DNA of 64,000 nt from assembly GCA_963824995.1 (NCBI GenBank), contig CAWGRK010000001.1, forward strand, positions 139,094 through 203,093, in the 5' to 3' direction. Position 1 is the stretch's first letter. Every line of letters begins with the position of its first letter. A model generated the notes under the pieces. The model ran no database searches, was not told where the DNA came from, and saw only the letters and a program-made list of their open reading frames with translations. Position numbers and translations under genes: made by a program. Positions 44,840 to 53,161 of this stretch are shown piece after piece. The stretch is from an uncultured Actinomycetes bacterium (lineage in GTDB: Bacteria > Actinomycetota > Acidimicrobiia > Spongiisociales > DATADW01).

Positions 44840-45646
44840 TCACAGCGGTCCCGAGATCCCGCCATCCTTCCGGACCCGCCAGAAGTGGACGGCCATGAAG
44901 ATGACGATGATGAAGGGGAGGAAGAGGACGTGGAGCACGTACCACCTGAGCAGGGTATTGGCAGTCACCTCGGCTCCACCGAGTAGAGCGAACTTCACCT
45001 GGGCACCGAACACCGGGACGAAACCAGCCATGTTGGTCCCCACGGTCACAGCCCACAGCGCCAATTGGTCCCAAGGGAGCAGGTACCCGGTGAACGACAG
45101 GAGCAGGGTCAGGAGCAGGAGTACGACCCCGACTATCCAGTTGAACTCACGCGGTGGCTTGTAGGCGCCGTGATAGAAGACCCGGCTCATGTGGAGGAAC
45201 ACGGTGAGCACCATCAGGTGCGCCCCCCAGCGGTGCATGTTCCGCACCAGCGAGCCAAAGGCGACGCTGGTGGAGAGCGCCTGGGCATCGGCGTAGGCCT
45301 GGGTGGCGGTCGGCGTGTAATAGAACATGAGGAAGATGCCGGTGATGGTCAGCAGGATGAAGAGGAAGAAGCTGAGCCCACCAAGGCAGAGCGTGTAGGA
45401 GAGTCGGACTCCGTGCCGCTTCACCTTCACCGGGTGCAGGTGGTACAGCACGTTGTTCATGATCACGTACGAGCGGTTGCGCGGCGTGTCGGTGTAGCCC
45501 TGCTTGAAGGGCGACCCGGGGCGGAACACCGACTCCCAGAGCGACGAGGTGCGCATCTTGTCGCCCGCCTCGCCCATCCGTTCGCGGAGTCTCAGCCCAC
45601 CGTTCCCGTTCCCGTTGCCGCTGCCGTTGCCGTTTGCCATCACCAC
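44840..45646 (-). CDS. Cytochrome b6-type split cytochrome b (PetB-like N-terminal part)
   Basis: [13 protein letters not shown]...[16 protein letters not shown]...H; ends GISGPL. Confidence 0.93.
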   Translation of the reverse strand: MVMANGNGSGNGNGNGGLRLRERMGEAGDKMRTSSLWESVFRPGSPFKQGYTDTPRNRSYVIMNNVLYHLHPVKVKRHGVRLSYTLCLGGLSFFLFILLTITGIFLMFYYTPTATQAYADAQALSTSVAFGSLVRNMHRWGAHLMVLTVFLHMSRVFYHGAYKPPREFNWIVGVVLLLLTLLLSFTGYLLPWDQLALWAVTVGTNMAGFVPVFGAQVKFALLGGAEVTANTLLRWYVLHVLFLPFIIVIFMAVHFWRVRKDGGISGPL

Positions 45647-46083
45647 CTAACCCCATAGGTGTACCCGTTCTTGAAATCTCGCTGGCCGGTGTCTACCTCC
45701 CATGGCACAAGACCGGCCTCCGCCGCCTGTTGCGCCAGCGATCCCTCGAACTTTCCGAGGGTGATGACGTTTGTCGGGCAGCGGTCTACGCACAAGGCGC
45801 ACCTGGTGCACTCGTCTTCGTCCACCACGAAGAACCCGTAGTTGGTGCCGTCACCCTTCGGATCGGACACCCCCACCGCCTCGGTGATCGCCTCGAGCGA
45901 GAGGTAGTGGATGCACTTCCACGGGCAGATGTCGACACAGCCCTCACAGAGGATGCACTCCGACTGGTCGATGTGTAGGAACTGCTTGGGTCGCAGCTTG
46001 TCCTTGAAGTAGTCGGTCTCCACCAGTGCAAGCTGGTAGTCGTCACGGAAGGGAGGGGTCTCGTCGACCACACCGCGTGGCAT
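45640..46083 (-). CDS. 2[4Fe-4S] ferredoxin
   Basis: [12 protein letters not shown] and [12 protein letters not shown]. Confidence 0.9.
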   Translation of the reverse strand: MPRGVVDETPPFRDDYQLALVETDYFKDKLRPKQFLHIDQSECILCEGCVDICPWKCIHYLSLEAITEAVGVSDPKGDGTNYGFFVVDEDECTRCALCVDRCPTNVITLGKFEGSLAQQAAEAGLVPWEVDTGQRDFKNGYTYGVRW

Positions 46084-46691
46084 CAGTCGTCCATCCGGAT
46101 CAACGGCCGGCCATATGGCGAGGTGCGGGCCTTTGGCTCATCGCCGCCGGGGGGAATCTTCCCCCAGTCCTGGAGGAGGTAGGCGACCACGATCCAAGCG
46201 GCGAACACCACCACGTAATAGCCGCCGGAGATGGCGTCCTTGATCACCCCGGAGCTGATCTCGACCTCGTTACCGAGTACCAGCCAGGGAGGGATGGTGA
46301 AAGCGATGTTCTGGCTCGTCCAGCCGAGCGGGCCCTGGCTGAGGTTGAGCCACTCCGAGGGGACCACGCCGAAGAGGAGGACGAACTCGATCCAGGTGAT
46401 AAAGGCACCGAACGAGGCACGGGCCCATGTGAGGGGTTGGTTGGCGACCCAGATCATGGCGGCACCGAACAGCATCATCTGCGAGCCGGCGAAGGCGATC
46501 AATTGGCCGGCGGTGAACCACAGCCAGCCCCGGGGAATGAAATCGAAGATACCGCGATCGACCTCCGGCGGGAGGAGGGCGAAATGGGCAATCAGGACGC
46601 CCAACACGATCGCTGGGATACCGAGCAGCAACGCGGCCCAGCCGAGCCTCAACCGCTGCGACTCGTCCAGCCGGCTCAGTCGGGCGATCAC
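46083..46691 (-). CDS. Uncharacterised 4-TM membrane protein, first gene of the cytochrome b operon
   Basis: Hydrophobic segments; TGATG overlap with the ferredoxin; C-terminal SPYGRPL. Confidence 0.7.
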   Translation of the reverse strand: MIARLSRLDESQRLRLGWAALLLGIPAIVLGVLIAHFALLPPEVDRGIFDFIPRGWLWFTAGQLIAFAGSQMMLFGAAMIWVANQPLTWARASFGAFITWIEFVLLFGVVPSEWLNLSQGPLGWTSQNIAFTIPPWLVLGNEVEISSGVIKDAISGGYYVVVFAAWIVVAYLLQDWGKIPPGGDEPKARTSPYGRPLIRMDD

Positions 46692-46872
46692 CTCAGGTCC
46701 CCTGCTCCTTCCCTGACGGCAGCCGGTTGGCGCCGCCGCACCGGTACGGCCCCATCCTTGCACACGCTGGTAAAACGCGGGGAATCGCGCCCCGCTCGAT
46801 GGAGCCCCAGATGACGACCCTCTTCAGCGGCTACCCGGCTCGTTATCCTCCGGCGACCATGGAGGGATCGGC

Positions 46873-48291
46873 ATGACCGAAGATCAGGACTCCGCCGCCC
46901 GCCTCCATCTCTTCGCCTCGGTTGCGTTCGCGGTGGCCGCCGGTGTGCTCCTGGTGGCGCTCTTCCTTTCGCTGCGATTCCCGGACGCCGTCGGGCAGCT
47001 ACCCCAACTCACCTATGGGCGGCTCAAGCCGATGATGCTCACCACGGCGGTGCTCGGTTGGTTGACGCTGGCCGGCATCGGCGCCGTCTACTACCTGCTT
47101 CCCCGGCTGACCGGTACGCCGATGTGGGGTGAGCGCATCGCCCGGCTCAACCTCATGGCGGCCATCCCGATCTATGCGGCCGCCTCGCTCTCACCGATGT
47201 TCGGGCTCTCGTCGGGTCAGGACCTGCTCGAGGTCCCCTGGTATCTCGACCTGCTGGTTCTGGCGACGCTGGCTGTTCCACTCGGAGTCACCGTCCAAAC
47301 GCTCCGGCGCCGCACCGAGGAAGGCATCTACGTCTCGCTCTGGTATGTGGTGGCCGGGGTTTTCGCCGCATTCGGACTCTGGCTGGTGGGCAACATCCCC
47401 GGCGTCATCGGGGACCTGCCCGGGCTCGGCGGGATGACCACTGCCCTCCAGAGGGTGATGTTCTCCTCGGGGTTCCTCACGCTTTGGGTCGTTGGGATCG
47501 GTATCGGTACCGCTTACTACCTGCTCCCCAAGGAGACGGGGAACCCACTCTTCAGCCGGGGCCTGGCGGCGGCAGGGTTCTGGTCGGTCGTGCTGGCGGC
47601 GCTGTGGGCGGCGCCATCAGCCCTCACCCATACCCCGATTCCCGGCTGGACACAGACCGTGGCGGCGGTGATGGCGCTCGGACTGGTGATCCCGGCACTG
47701 GCCGTTGCCACCAACTTCGCCGGGACGCTCCACGGCAGGTGGGATACGTTCACCAACTCGCTACCGGTCAGGTTCGCAGTGGCTGCCACCTCGTTTCTCG
47801 TGCTGGTCACGCTCGCCTCGGCGGGGAGGGGGTTCCCATCGGTGTCGACCGTCGTCGGTTTCACGCCCACCGCTGACGCCGTACTCATCGTCACCGTCTT
47901 CGGTGTCGCCGGTCTCTTCTCCGCCGCCTTCACCTATCACGCCATTCCCCGCATCGCCGGCAGGCAGGTGTTCAGTACCTTCTCCGGGCGGCTCCACCTG
48001 CGGATGGCGGCACTGGGAAGCGCCGCCCTCGGGATCCTGCTCTGGGTCACCGGGACCGTCACCGGTTACACCTGGGTGGGAGCCGCCCGAACCGGAGCGT
48101 TCGTGGCCGCCGGAGAGGGTTGGGCGGAGGTGGAGGGCTCGACCCTCGTCTTCACCAGCCTGCTGCCGCTCGCCGCCCTCCTCGTCGCGGTAGGGCTGGC
48201 AGCCTTCGGGTACAACGTGCTCAGGTCGTACACCTCCGGGGAGACGGTGCCCCAAGAGGTGCTGGTGGCGTCTGGGACCGAAGATGGCTGA
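46873..48291 (+). CDS. CcoN-like (cbb3 subunit I fold) protein lacking the heme/Cu histidine ligands
   Basis: TYGRLKP, YYLLPRL, IYVSLWY, YYLLPKETGNPLFS and PGWTQT align with CcoN; intact 472-aa ORF; ligand His positions substituted. Confidence 0.8.
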   Translation: MTEDQDSAARLHLFASVAFAVAAGVLLVALFLSLRFPDAVGQLPQLTYGRLKPMMLTTAVLGWLTLAGIGAVYYLLPRLTGTPMWGERIARLNLMAAIPIYAAASLSPMFGLSSGQDLLEVPWYLDLLVLATLAVPLGVTVQTLRRRTEEGIYVSLWYVVAGVFAAFGLWLVGNIPGVIGDLPGLGGMTTALQRVMFSSGFLTLWVVGIGIGTAYYLLPKETGNPLFSRGLAAAGFWSVVLAALWAAPSALTHTPIPGWTQTVAAVMALGLVIPALAVATNFAGTLHGRWDTFTNSLPVRFAVAATSFLVLVTLASAGRGFPSVSTVVGFTPTADAVLIVTVFGVAGLFSAAFTYHAIPRIAGRQVFSTFSGRLHLRMAALGSAALGILLWVTGTVTGYTWVGAARTGAFVAAGEGWAEVEGSTLVFTSLLPLAALLVAVGLAAFGYNVLRSYTSGETVPQEVLVASGTEDG

Positions 48292-49131
48292 CGCCGAACT
48301 CCTCTCCCAAGCCTCGGCAGCGCTCGGTGTCCCCGAGCCCATCGTGCAGCGTTCGGCGGCGGCGAGGGCCACCGCCAACGGCGTGGACGTCGACGAGGTC
48401 CTCCGGGCGTGGGCCGGGGGAGGCGCCGTGGCTGCGGGGACCCCGTCGGAGGCAGCGTCGGAGGGGGCAGAACCGGCAGCGGCGGCTGAGGCTGAGACGG
48501 CTGCGGAAGAGACGGCGGACGGCGGACGGCGGACGGCGGAGGAAGAGGCGGCACCGGAAGAGGCGGCTCAAGCACCGCACCAGCGGCGGCAGCTGTGGCG
48601 GTTCCCGCTGCAGCGTGGCGGTGGCGGCCGCGGTGGTGGAGCGGCCTCGGGTCATTCCGATTCTCGAAGGGTCGCAGGGAGAGCCACTGGAAGCTCATAT
48701 TCGGAGTGGTCGGGTTGCTGACTCTTGGCCTTCTCGGTGGTTGGGTGCTCCCCGCTCTCGACACGCTCGACGACCCCGGAGCGCCGGCCGCCCTCACCGC
48801 AGCCGGGACCGAGGGCCGCCGGATCTATCTGCGCGAGGGTTGCCAGTCGTGTCACACGCAGGTGGTCAGGGCGATCGTGACCGACGCCGGGTTGGGTCCG
48901 GTGTCGAACGCCGGGTCCGTTGCAGGTTTTCCGGGCGACACCATCGGTTCGGTCCGTTACGGGCCTGACCTCACCCACTTCGGGAGCCGTGAGGGAGTGG
49001 ACCTGGCCTCGGTCACGGCCTATCTCCGCAACCCCCGGGCGGCTCGCCCCGAGAGTCTGATGCCGCCGATCGACTACCTGGACGACGCCGAACTCGAAGC
49101 GCTGTCCCAGTTCCTGGTGGAGTCGAAGTGA
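48284..49131 (+). CDS. ccoO: CcoO-like monoheme cytochrome c with an N-terminal helical module and acidic linker (frameshifts near 48560-48680)
   Basis: GRRIYLREGCQSCHTQVVR, GSVRYGPDL and ESLMP. Confidence 0.8.
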
Positions 49132-49153
49132 GGATCGTCCATAGGATGCAGGC

Positions 49154-50338
49154 GTGAGCGACGAACAGCTGGCAGCGGCTGCCGCAGCGCTCAACGCCCC
49201 CGAGGCAATTGTCAGGCGCTCCGCCGAGGCGCGGGCCAAGGCCGACGGGATCCCGGTGGAGCAGGTGCTGACGGCGTGGGCTGGTGGGGAGAGCACACCG
49301 AAGACGGAAGACGGAAGTCGGAAGACGGAAGATGAAGCGGCGCCGCCGCCCGCAGCCGAAGAGACGGCAGACGGCGGACGGCAGACGGCAGCCACTGAAC
49401 GCGACGGCAGACGGCGGACGGCAGACGGCAGCAGAACCAGGAGCGGAGGCACCAGGCGCGGTTCCGGCGGTTCCGGCCGTCGCCGCAGCGGCTGTCGCCG
49501 ACATTCCCGACTTGCCGCCGGCACCGGAGACGGTCTCGCCGGCGGCGGCCATGGATTACCCCGAGGTGATCTCGGTCCCCACCGCCGGGATAAAGGAGCG
49601 GACCGGGGGTGGCGTTCCCGGCTGGCTGACCAGCGTGTTCGTGGCCGTCCCGCTCTTCGCTCTCTTCTACCTCATCTCGAACGCGGGCGGAGTCGAGTGC
49701 GGCGAGGGCGGCGCGCTTGCGGTGAGCCCGATCTCGGGTGAACTGGTCAACTGTGATGGAACCCCATACGAAGGATCGGGCGCCGGCGGCGGGGCGGGCG
49801 GTGACTTCCTCGCCGTGGGAGAACAGGTGTACGCCGAGGTCGCCGCCTGTCAGGGATGCCATGGAGACCAGGGACAGGGCGGCGTCGGGCCGCCGCTGTC
49901 GGGGGGGGCGGTGCTCACCACCTTCGGCAGTTGCGAGGACCACGTCACCTGGGTGCGGCTCGGAACCCAGGGTTGGGCAGCCGAGGTCGGGGAAACATAC
50001 GGGGACAGTGGCAAGCCGGTGGGTGGGGGCGGGACCATGCCCGGGTTCTCCACTCTCAGCGACGAGCAACTCCGGGCGGTCACCTACTTCGAGCGGGTCC
50101 GGTTCGGCGGGGCCAATCCCGAGGAGGCGCTGGCGGACTGCGGCCTCGGCGAGCCGGCGGGCGGTGAGGGTGGAGGCGGTGAGGAAACCGGGACCACTGT
50201 GGTCGGGGAAGATGGGAGCGACCGAGACCACCGTGGCCGGGGAAGAGTGGGGCGACCGAGACCACCGTGGCCGGGGAGGGCGGGGCGACCGAGACCACCT
50301 TGGCCGGGGGCGGCGCCGCCACCACCGCGGCGCCATAG
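49154..50338 (+). CDS. Membrane-anchored monoheme cytochrome c with an N-terminal helical module and Thr-rich tail (frameshifts)
   Basis: One TM; CQGCH; TMPGF; tail ...TETTLAGGGAATTAAP*. Confidence 0.8.
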
Positions 50339-50353
50339 GGCGACAGGTCCCGT

Positions 50354-50446
50354 TTGCGCCCTGCCACCACGTTCGTGATCCTCGCCCTATTGGCGGTCAT
50401 CGCCATCGCCGGAGCGATCATCGCAGTCCAGCTTCTCAGCCGCTGA
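50354..50446 (+). CDS. 30-aa single-TM small protein (not in the ORF track)
   Basis: TTG start; MRPATTFVILALLAVIAIAGAIIAVQLLSR*; GC3-rich codons; 15 bp after the cytochrome c stop. Confidence 0.55.
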   Translation: MRPATTFVILALLAVIAIAGAIIAVQLLSR

Positions 50447-51239
50447 ACGACACCACGGTCGAGGCGGCCAAGCCGAGGTCGAGGTCGGCCCGACCGCCGC
50501 GCACCGCCAGCGCCACCATCCCGTAGGAATCGACATGGAGCAGTTCGTCACCCGGCTCCACGTCGGCGTATGCGGATACCCAGGGGACCTCATGCTCGGC
50601 TCCGTGGTACCTCACCTTGACGGGCGACCCGGGACGGAGCCCTATCTCAGCCAGGTCCTCGGGGGAGACGTTGGTCTGGACGTTCCCGAAGGTGTCGATC
50701 CACCAGGCCTCGCCGCGCACGGTGTTCCCCTCATGCTCGGGCAACGGCAGCAACAGCGGTACGAGGGTTCCCGGTTCGATGTCGGGTCCGAGATCATCCA
50801 TTCGGGCGTCACCAGAAGCGAGCAGCGCCGCAGCCGGAGCGAAGCGGTCCCTCCCCTCGAAGGTGGCTCCTGCGGAGGGGATGACCAGTTCGGGGTTCTC
50901 GATGGCGACTACCCGCTGTGCCCCCTCGACGATGGCCACCGCGGGCGATAACAACCCGTTGTCCGGCCCGACGAAGTGACCCCAGGACGTCTCGGCGGCG
51001 ATCGCCCTCCGGGCGGTGCCCACCCCGGGGTCCACGACGGCGAGCGCCACGCCCTCGGGCAGGTACTGGATGGCTCTCATCAGGGCGAGCGCTCCCGACC
51101 GCACGTCACCTGCGGATACGCCGTGCGTGATGTCGATGACCTTCACCTCGGGCGCCAACTTGGCGATGACGCCATGGACGACTCCGACGAACTCGTCGTC
51201 GCGCCCGTAGTCGGAGAGGAAGGAGAGCGGCCGGACCAC
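50436..51239 (-). CDS. SAM hydroxide adenosyltransferase / chlorinase-fluorinase family (DUF62)
   Basis: FLSDYG, IDITH, VVDPGVGTARR, GPDNGLL, TFEGRD and IDTFGNVQTN. Confidence 0.9.
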   Translation of the reverse strand: MVRPLSFLSDYGRDDEFVGVVHGVIAKLAPEVKVIDITHGVSAGDVRSGALALMRAIQYLPEGVALAVVDPGVGTARRAIAAETSWGHFVGPDNGLLSPAVAIVEGAQRVVAIENPELVIPSAGATFEGRDRFAPAAALLASGDARMDDLGPDIEPGTLVPLLLPLPEHEGNTVRGEAWWIDTFGNVQTNVSPEDLAEIGLRPGSPVKVRYHGAEHEVPWVSAYADVEPGDELLHVDSYGMVALAVRGGRADLDLGLAASTVVSFSG

Positions 51240-51315
51240 CGGGTACGACGTTACAGGCCGTCATCAACCACACCTTCGCTGGTCGGGGTACCACAAGGGG
51301 CGCCCGTAAACTGGC

Positions 51316-52212
51316 TTGGAGGTGACCGACCCGGCCCACATCGATCTTGCCCGCCGGCTTGCCGAAGCCGGGGGCGTGGTGATGGTGATGGGGGCGATGG
51401 ACACCGGGAAGTCCACCCTGTCCCGCCTCATCATCTCCGCAGGGCTGGAGCAGGGCAGGTTGGTCGCCTACGTCGACGCCGACGTCGGGCAGAGCACGGT
51501 CGGCCCTCCAACATGCGCCGGATTGAAGTGGTTGCGAGAGCCCTCCGACCTCGACACCATCGATCGCGCCGACGAACTCCAGTTCGTCGGGTCCACCACC
51601 CCCGAGCGCCTCGTCCTCCCCCACGTGGTGGCCACCTCCGCCCTGGTGACGCTGGCCAGGGAGAGCGCCGACCTGATCGTCATCGACACCACAGGGACCG
51701 TCTCGGGGGTCGTCGGCGAGACACTCAAGTACTACAAGACCGAGTTGTGCCGACCCGACAAGGTGGTGGCGCTGCAGCGGGGAACCGAGATGGAGCCGAT
51801 AGTGGGGATGCTCCGCCGGTTCTTTTCATCAGAAGTGATCGTCTCCGGCGTCGATCCCGAGGTGCTCCCGGTCCCCCCCGACCAACGTGCGGCGCAGCGC
51901 ACGGTCCGACTGGCCGACGCATTCGCCCCACCGCTCGAGCGCTGGAGGGTGCGTCCCACGGTGTTCGCCCCCACCCTCCCCGCCGGTCTCGACCTCTCCC
52001 GGCTTCATGGCGTCCTGGTCGGGGTTCAGGACGGGACAGGCCGGTGCCTCGGCCTCGGGGTTCTCGAGTTCTCCGAGGACGTGCTGCGCGTGATCACCAA
52101 TGTCGGCGGTGGGATGCAGGGCCTACGCCTCGGGTCGCTCCGTGTCCATCTCTCCGACTTCACCAGCAAGCAGGTCAATCTGCAGGAGATGATCTCAGGG
52201 CTCGAGGGCTAG
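51316..52212 (+). CDS. Clp1/Nol9-like polynucleotide 5'-kinase
   Basis: GAMDTGKST Walker A; DADVGQSTVGPP; IVIDTTG; R...R lid region. Confidence 0.8.
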   Translation: MEVTDPAHIDLARRLAEAGGVVMVMGAMDTGKSTLSRLIISAGLEQGRLVAYVDADVGQSTVGPPTCAGLKWLREPSDLDTIDRADELQFVGSTTPERLVLPHVVATSALVTLARESADLIVIDTTGTVSGVVGETLKYYKTELCRPDKVVALQRGTEMEPIVGMLRRFFSSEVIVSGVDPEVLPVPPDQRAAQRTVRLADAFAPPLERWRVRPTVFAPTLPAGLDLSRLHGVLVGVQDGTGRCLGLGVLEFSEDVLRVITNVGGGMQGLRLGSLRVHLSDFTSKQVNLQEMISGLEG

Positions 52213-52217
52213 AGGCC

Positions 52218-52396
52218 AGACGGAAGACGGAGGCGGAGGCGGACGGCGGACGGCGGACGGCGGCAAGCCGAGACGGAAGACGGAAGACGGAAGACGGAGA
52301 GAACAGCCGAACGGCAGGCGTCAGACGGCGGACGGCGGACGGCGCTTCCACGAGGTCGCGAGGGGGAGGCTCGGGAGGGGGAGGCTCGGGAGGGGG
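52218..52396. repeat. Compound tandem array: GACGGCG and GAAGACG heptamers followed by about 2.5 copies of GAGGGGGAGGCTCGG
   Basis: Read directly from the sequence. Confidence 0.85.
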
Positions 52397-52496
52397 TGAA
52401 ACCCACCTCCCGTACGATCACCCGAGGAACCTCCCCGGATCGTTCCCCGCACTTCCCCTAACGGGCTGCGGTCCGGTTCAGCACCTCGGGTGTCGC
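52387..52496 (-). ncRNA. Candidate structured small RNA (about 85-nt rod followed by a hairpin)
   Basis: Follows a sigma70-type promoter; nested stems CACCCGAGG/CCTCGGGTG, CCGGA/TCCGG, CCGCA/TGCGG and CCC-GTTA-GGG; no credible ORF downstream. Confidence 0.55.
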
Positions 52497-52502
52497 ACGG
52501 CG

Positions 52503-52531
52503 ACCATACGAAGAGGCCAAAGGAGCGTCAA
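52503..52531 (-). promoter_or_regulatory. Sigma70/SigA-type promoter
   Basis: TTGACG-N17-TATGGT on the minus strand. Confidence 0.7.
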
Positions 52532-52624
52532 GGGGTACGTTGTGGGGTCCAAACCGCCGGTTTCCTCTACGTTGTTGGGCACAAGTGCGGCTAACTGCGA
52601 GCATTTCTGCCAACGACCGAGGGG

Positions 52625-52680
52625 TAATCCACAGATCCACAGGTATCCACAGGGCGTTGTTCACAGCCTGCTGTGGAGAC
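52625..52680. promoter_or_regulatory. Cluster of five DnaA-box-like 9-mers
   Basis: TAATCCACA 52625, AGATCCACA 52633, GTATCCACA 52643, TTGTTCACA 52657 and reverse GTCTCCACA 52672, against consensus TT(A/G)TCCACA. Confidence 0.6.
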
Positions 52681-52684
52681 CTTT

Positions 52685-53161
52685 CTACGGCGAGATTTCG
52701 CGCCCGCCGGACAGCCATGCCGAAAGCATCGGTCGGAAGGACACCTCAATCGTCTCGTAGATCTCACCGAGCAGGAGGTCCAGTTCCTCCGGGGTGACCC
52801 GCTCGAGGGGTAGGCGGCCACGGAGCACTACCGCCCCTTCGCGATCGACCGCGAAGTGGATACGCCACGTTGTGGCGTTGCGGACCAGACACTGGCGGTG
52901 CACCTCGCTGGGATCCGACTCCGGAGCCGGGAGCACATACGCCTCGCAGCGCAAGCTGCGTTGCCCGACCTCCCACCAGACGGTGGTGGCGTCGCGCACC
53001 GTCTGTCGCATCCGCACCGCCCAGCGCAGCATGCCGGGCGCGTCACCAGGGGCTGAGCCGTTGACCTGCTCGACGTGGACCACGTCAGACTCGGGATCCT
53101 CGAGCCAGCGGCCGAATGCCGCTTCGAGAGTGGCGACTACCTCAGGCTGTGATCCCGGCAT
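52685..53161 (-). CDS. YbjN-domain protein
   Basis: LRCEAYVLPAP...VHRQCLVRN and LDLLLGEIY; follows mshA as in other actinobacteria. Confidence 0.75.
   Translation of the reverse strand: MPGSQPEVVATLEAAFGRWLEDPESDVVHVEQVNGSAPGDAPGMLRWAVRMRQTVRDATTVWWEVGQRSLRCEAYVLPAPESDPSEVHRQCLVRNATTWRIHFAVDREGAVVLRGRLPLERVTPEELDLLLGEIYETIEVSFRPMLSAWLSGGREISP

Noticed and set aside
45595..45640. NG-repeat microsatellite at the cytochrome b N-terminus
   Set aside because: Short in-frame low-complexity extension with no evidence of phase variation.
30977..46872. Rex operator upstream of nuoA or in the cytochrome divergent gap
   Set aside because: I could not find a convincing TGTGAA-N-TTCACA palindrome by eye; a PWM scan is needed.
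50436..51239. Fluorinase or chlorinase for halometabolite synthesis
   Set aside because: No biosynthetic cluster context; the widespread DUF62 SAM hydrolase is more likely.
50190..52396. CRISPR-like repeats
   Set aside because: The repeats are tandem with no unique spacers, some are coding, and no cas genes are present.
52536..52690. oriC
   Set aside because: No dnaA/dnaN/rpmH context, only five imperfect boxes and no clear AT-rich unwinding element. Kept only as a DnaA-box cluster.
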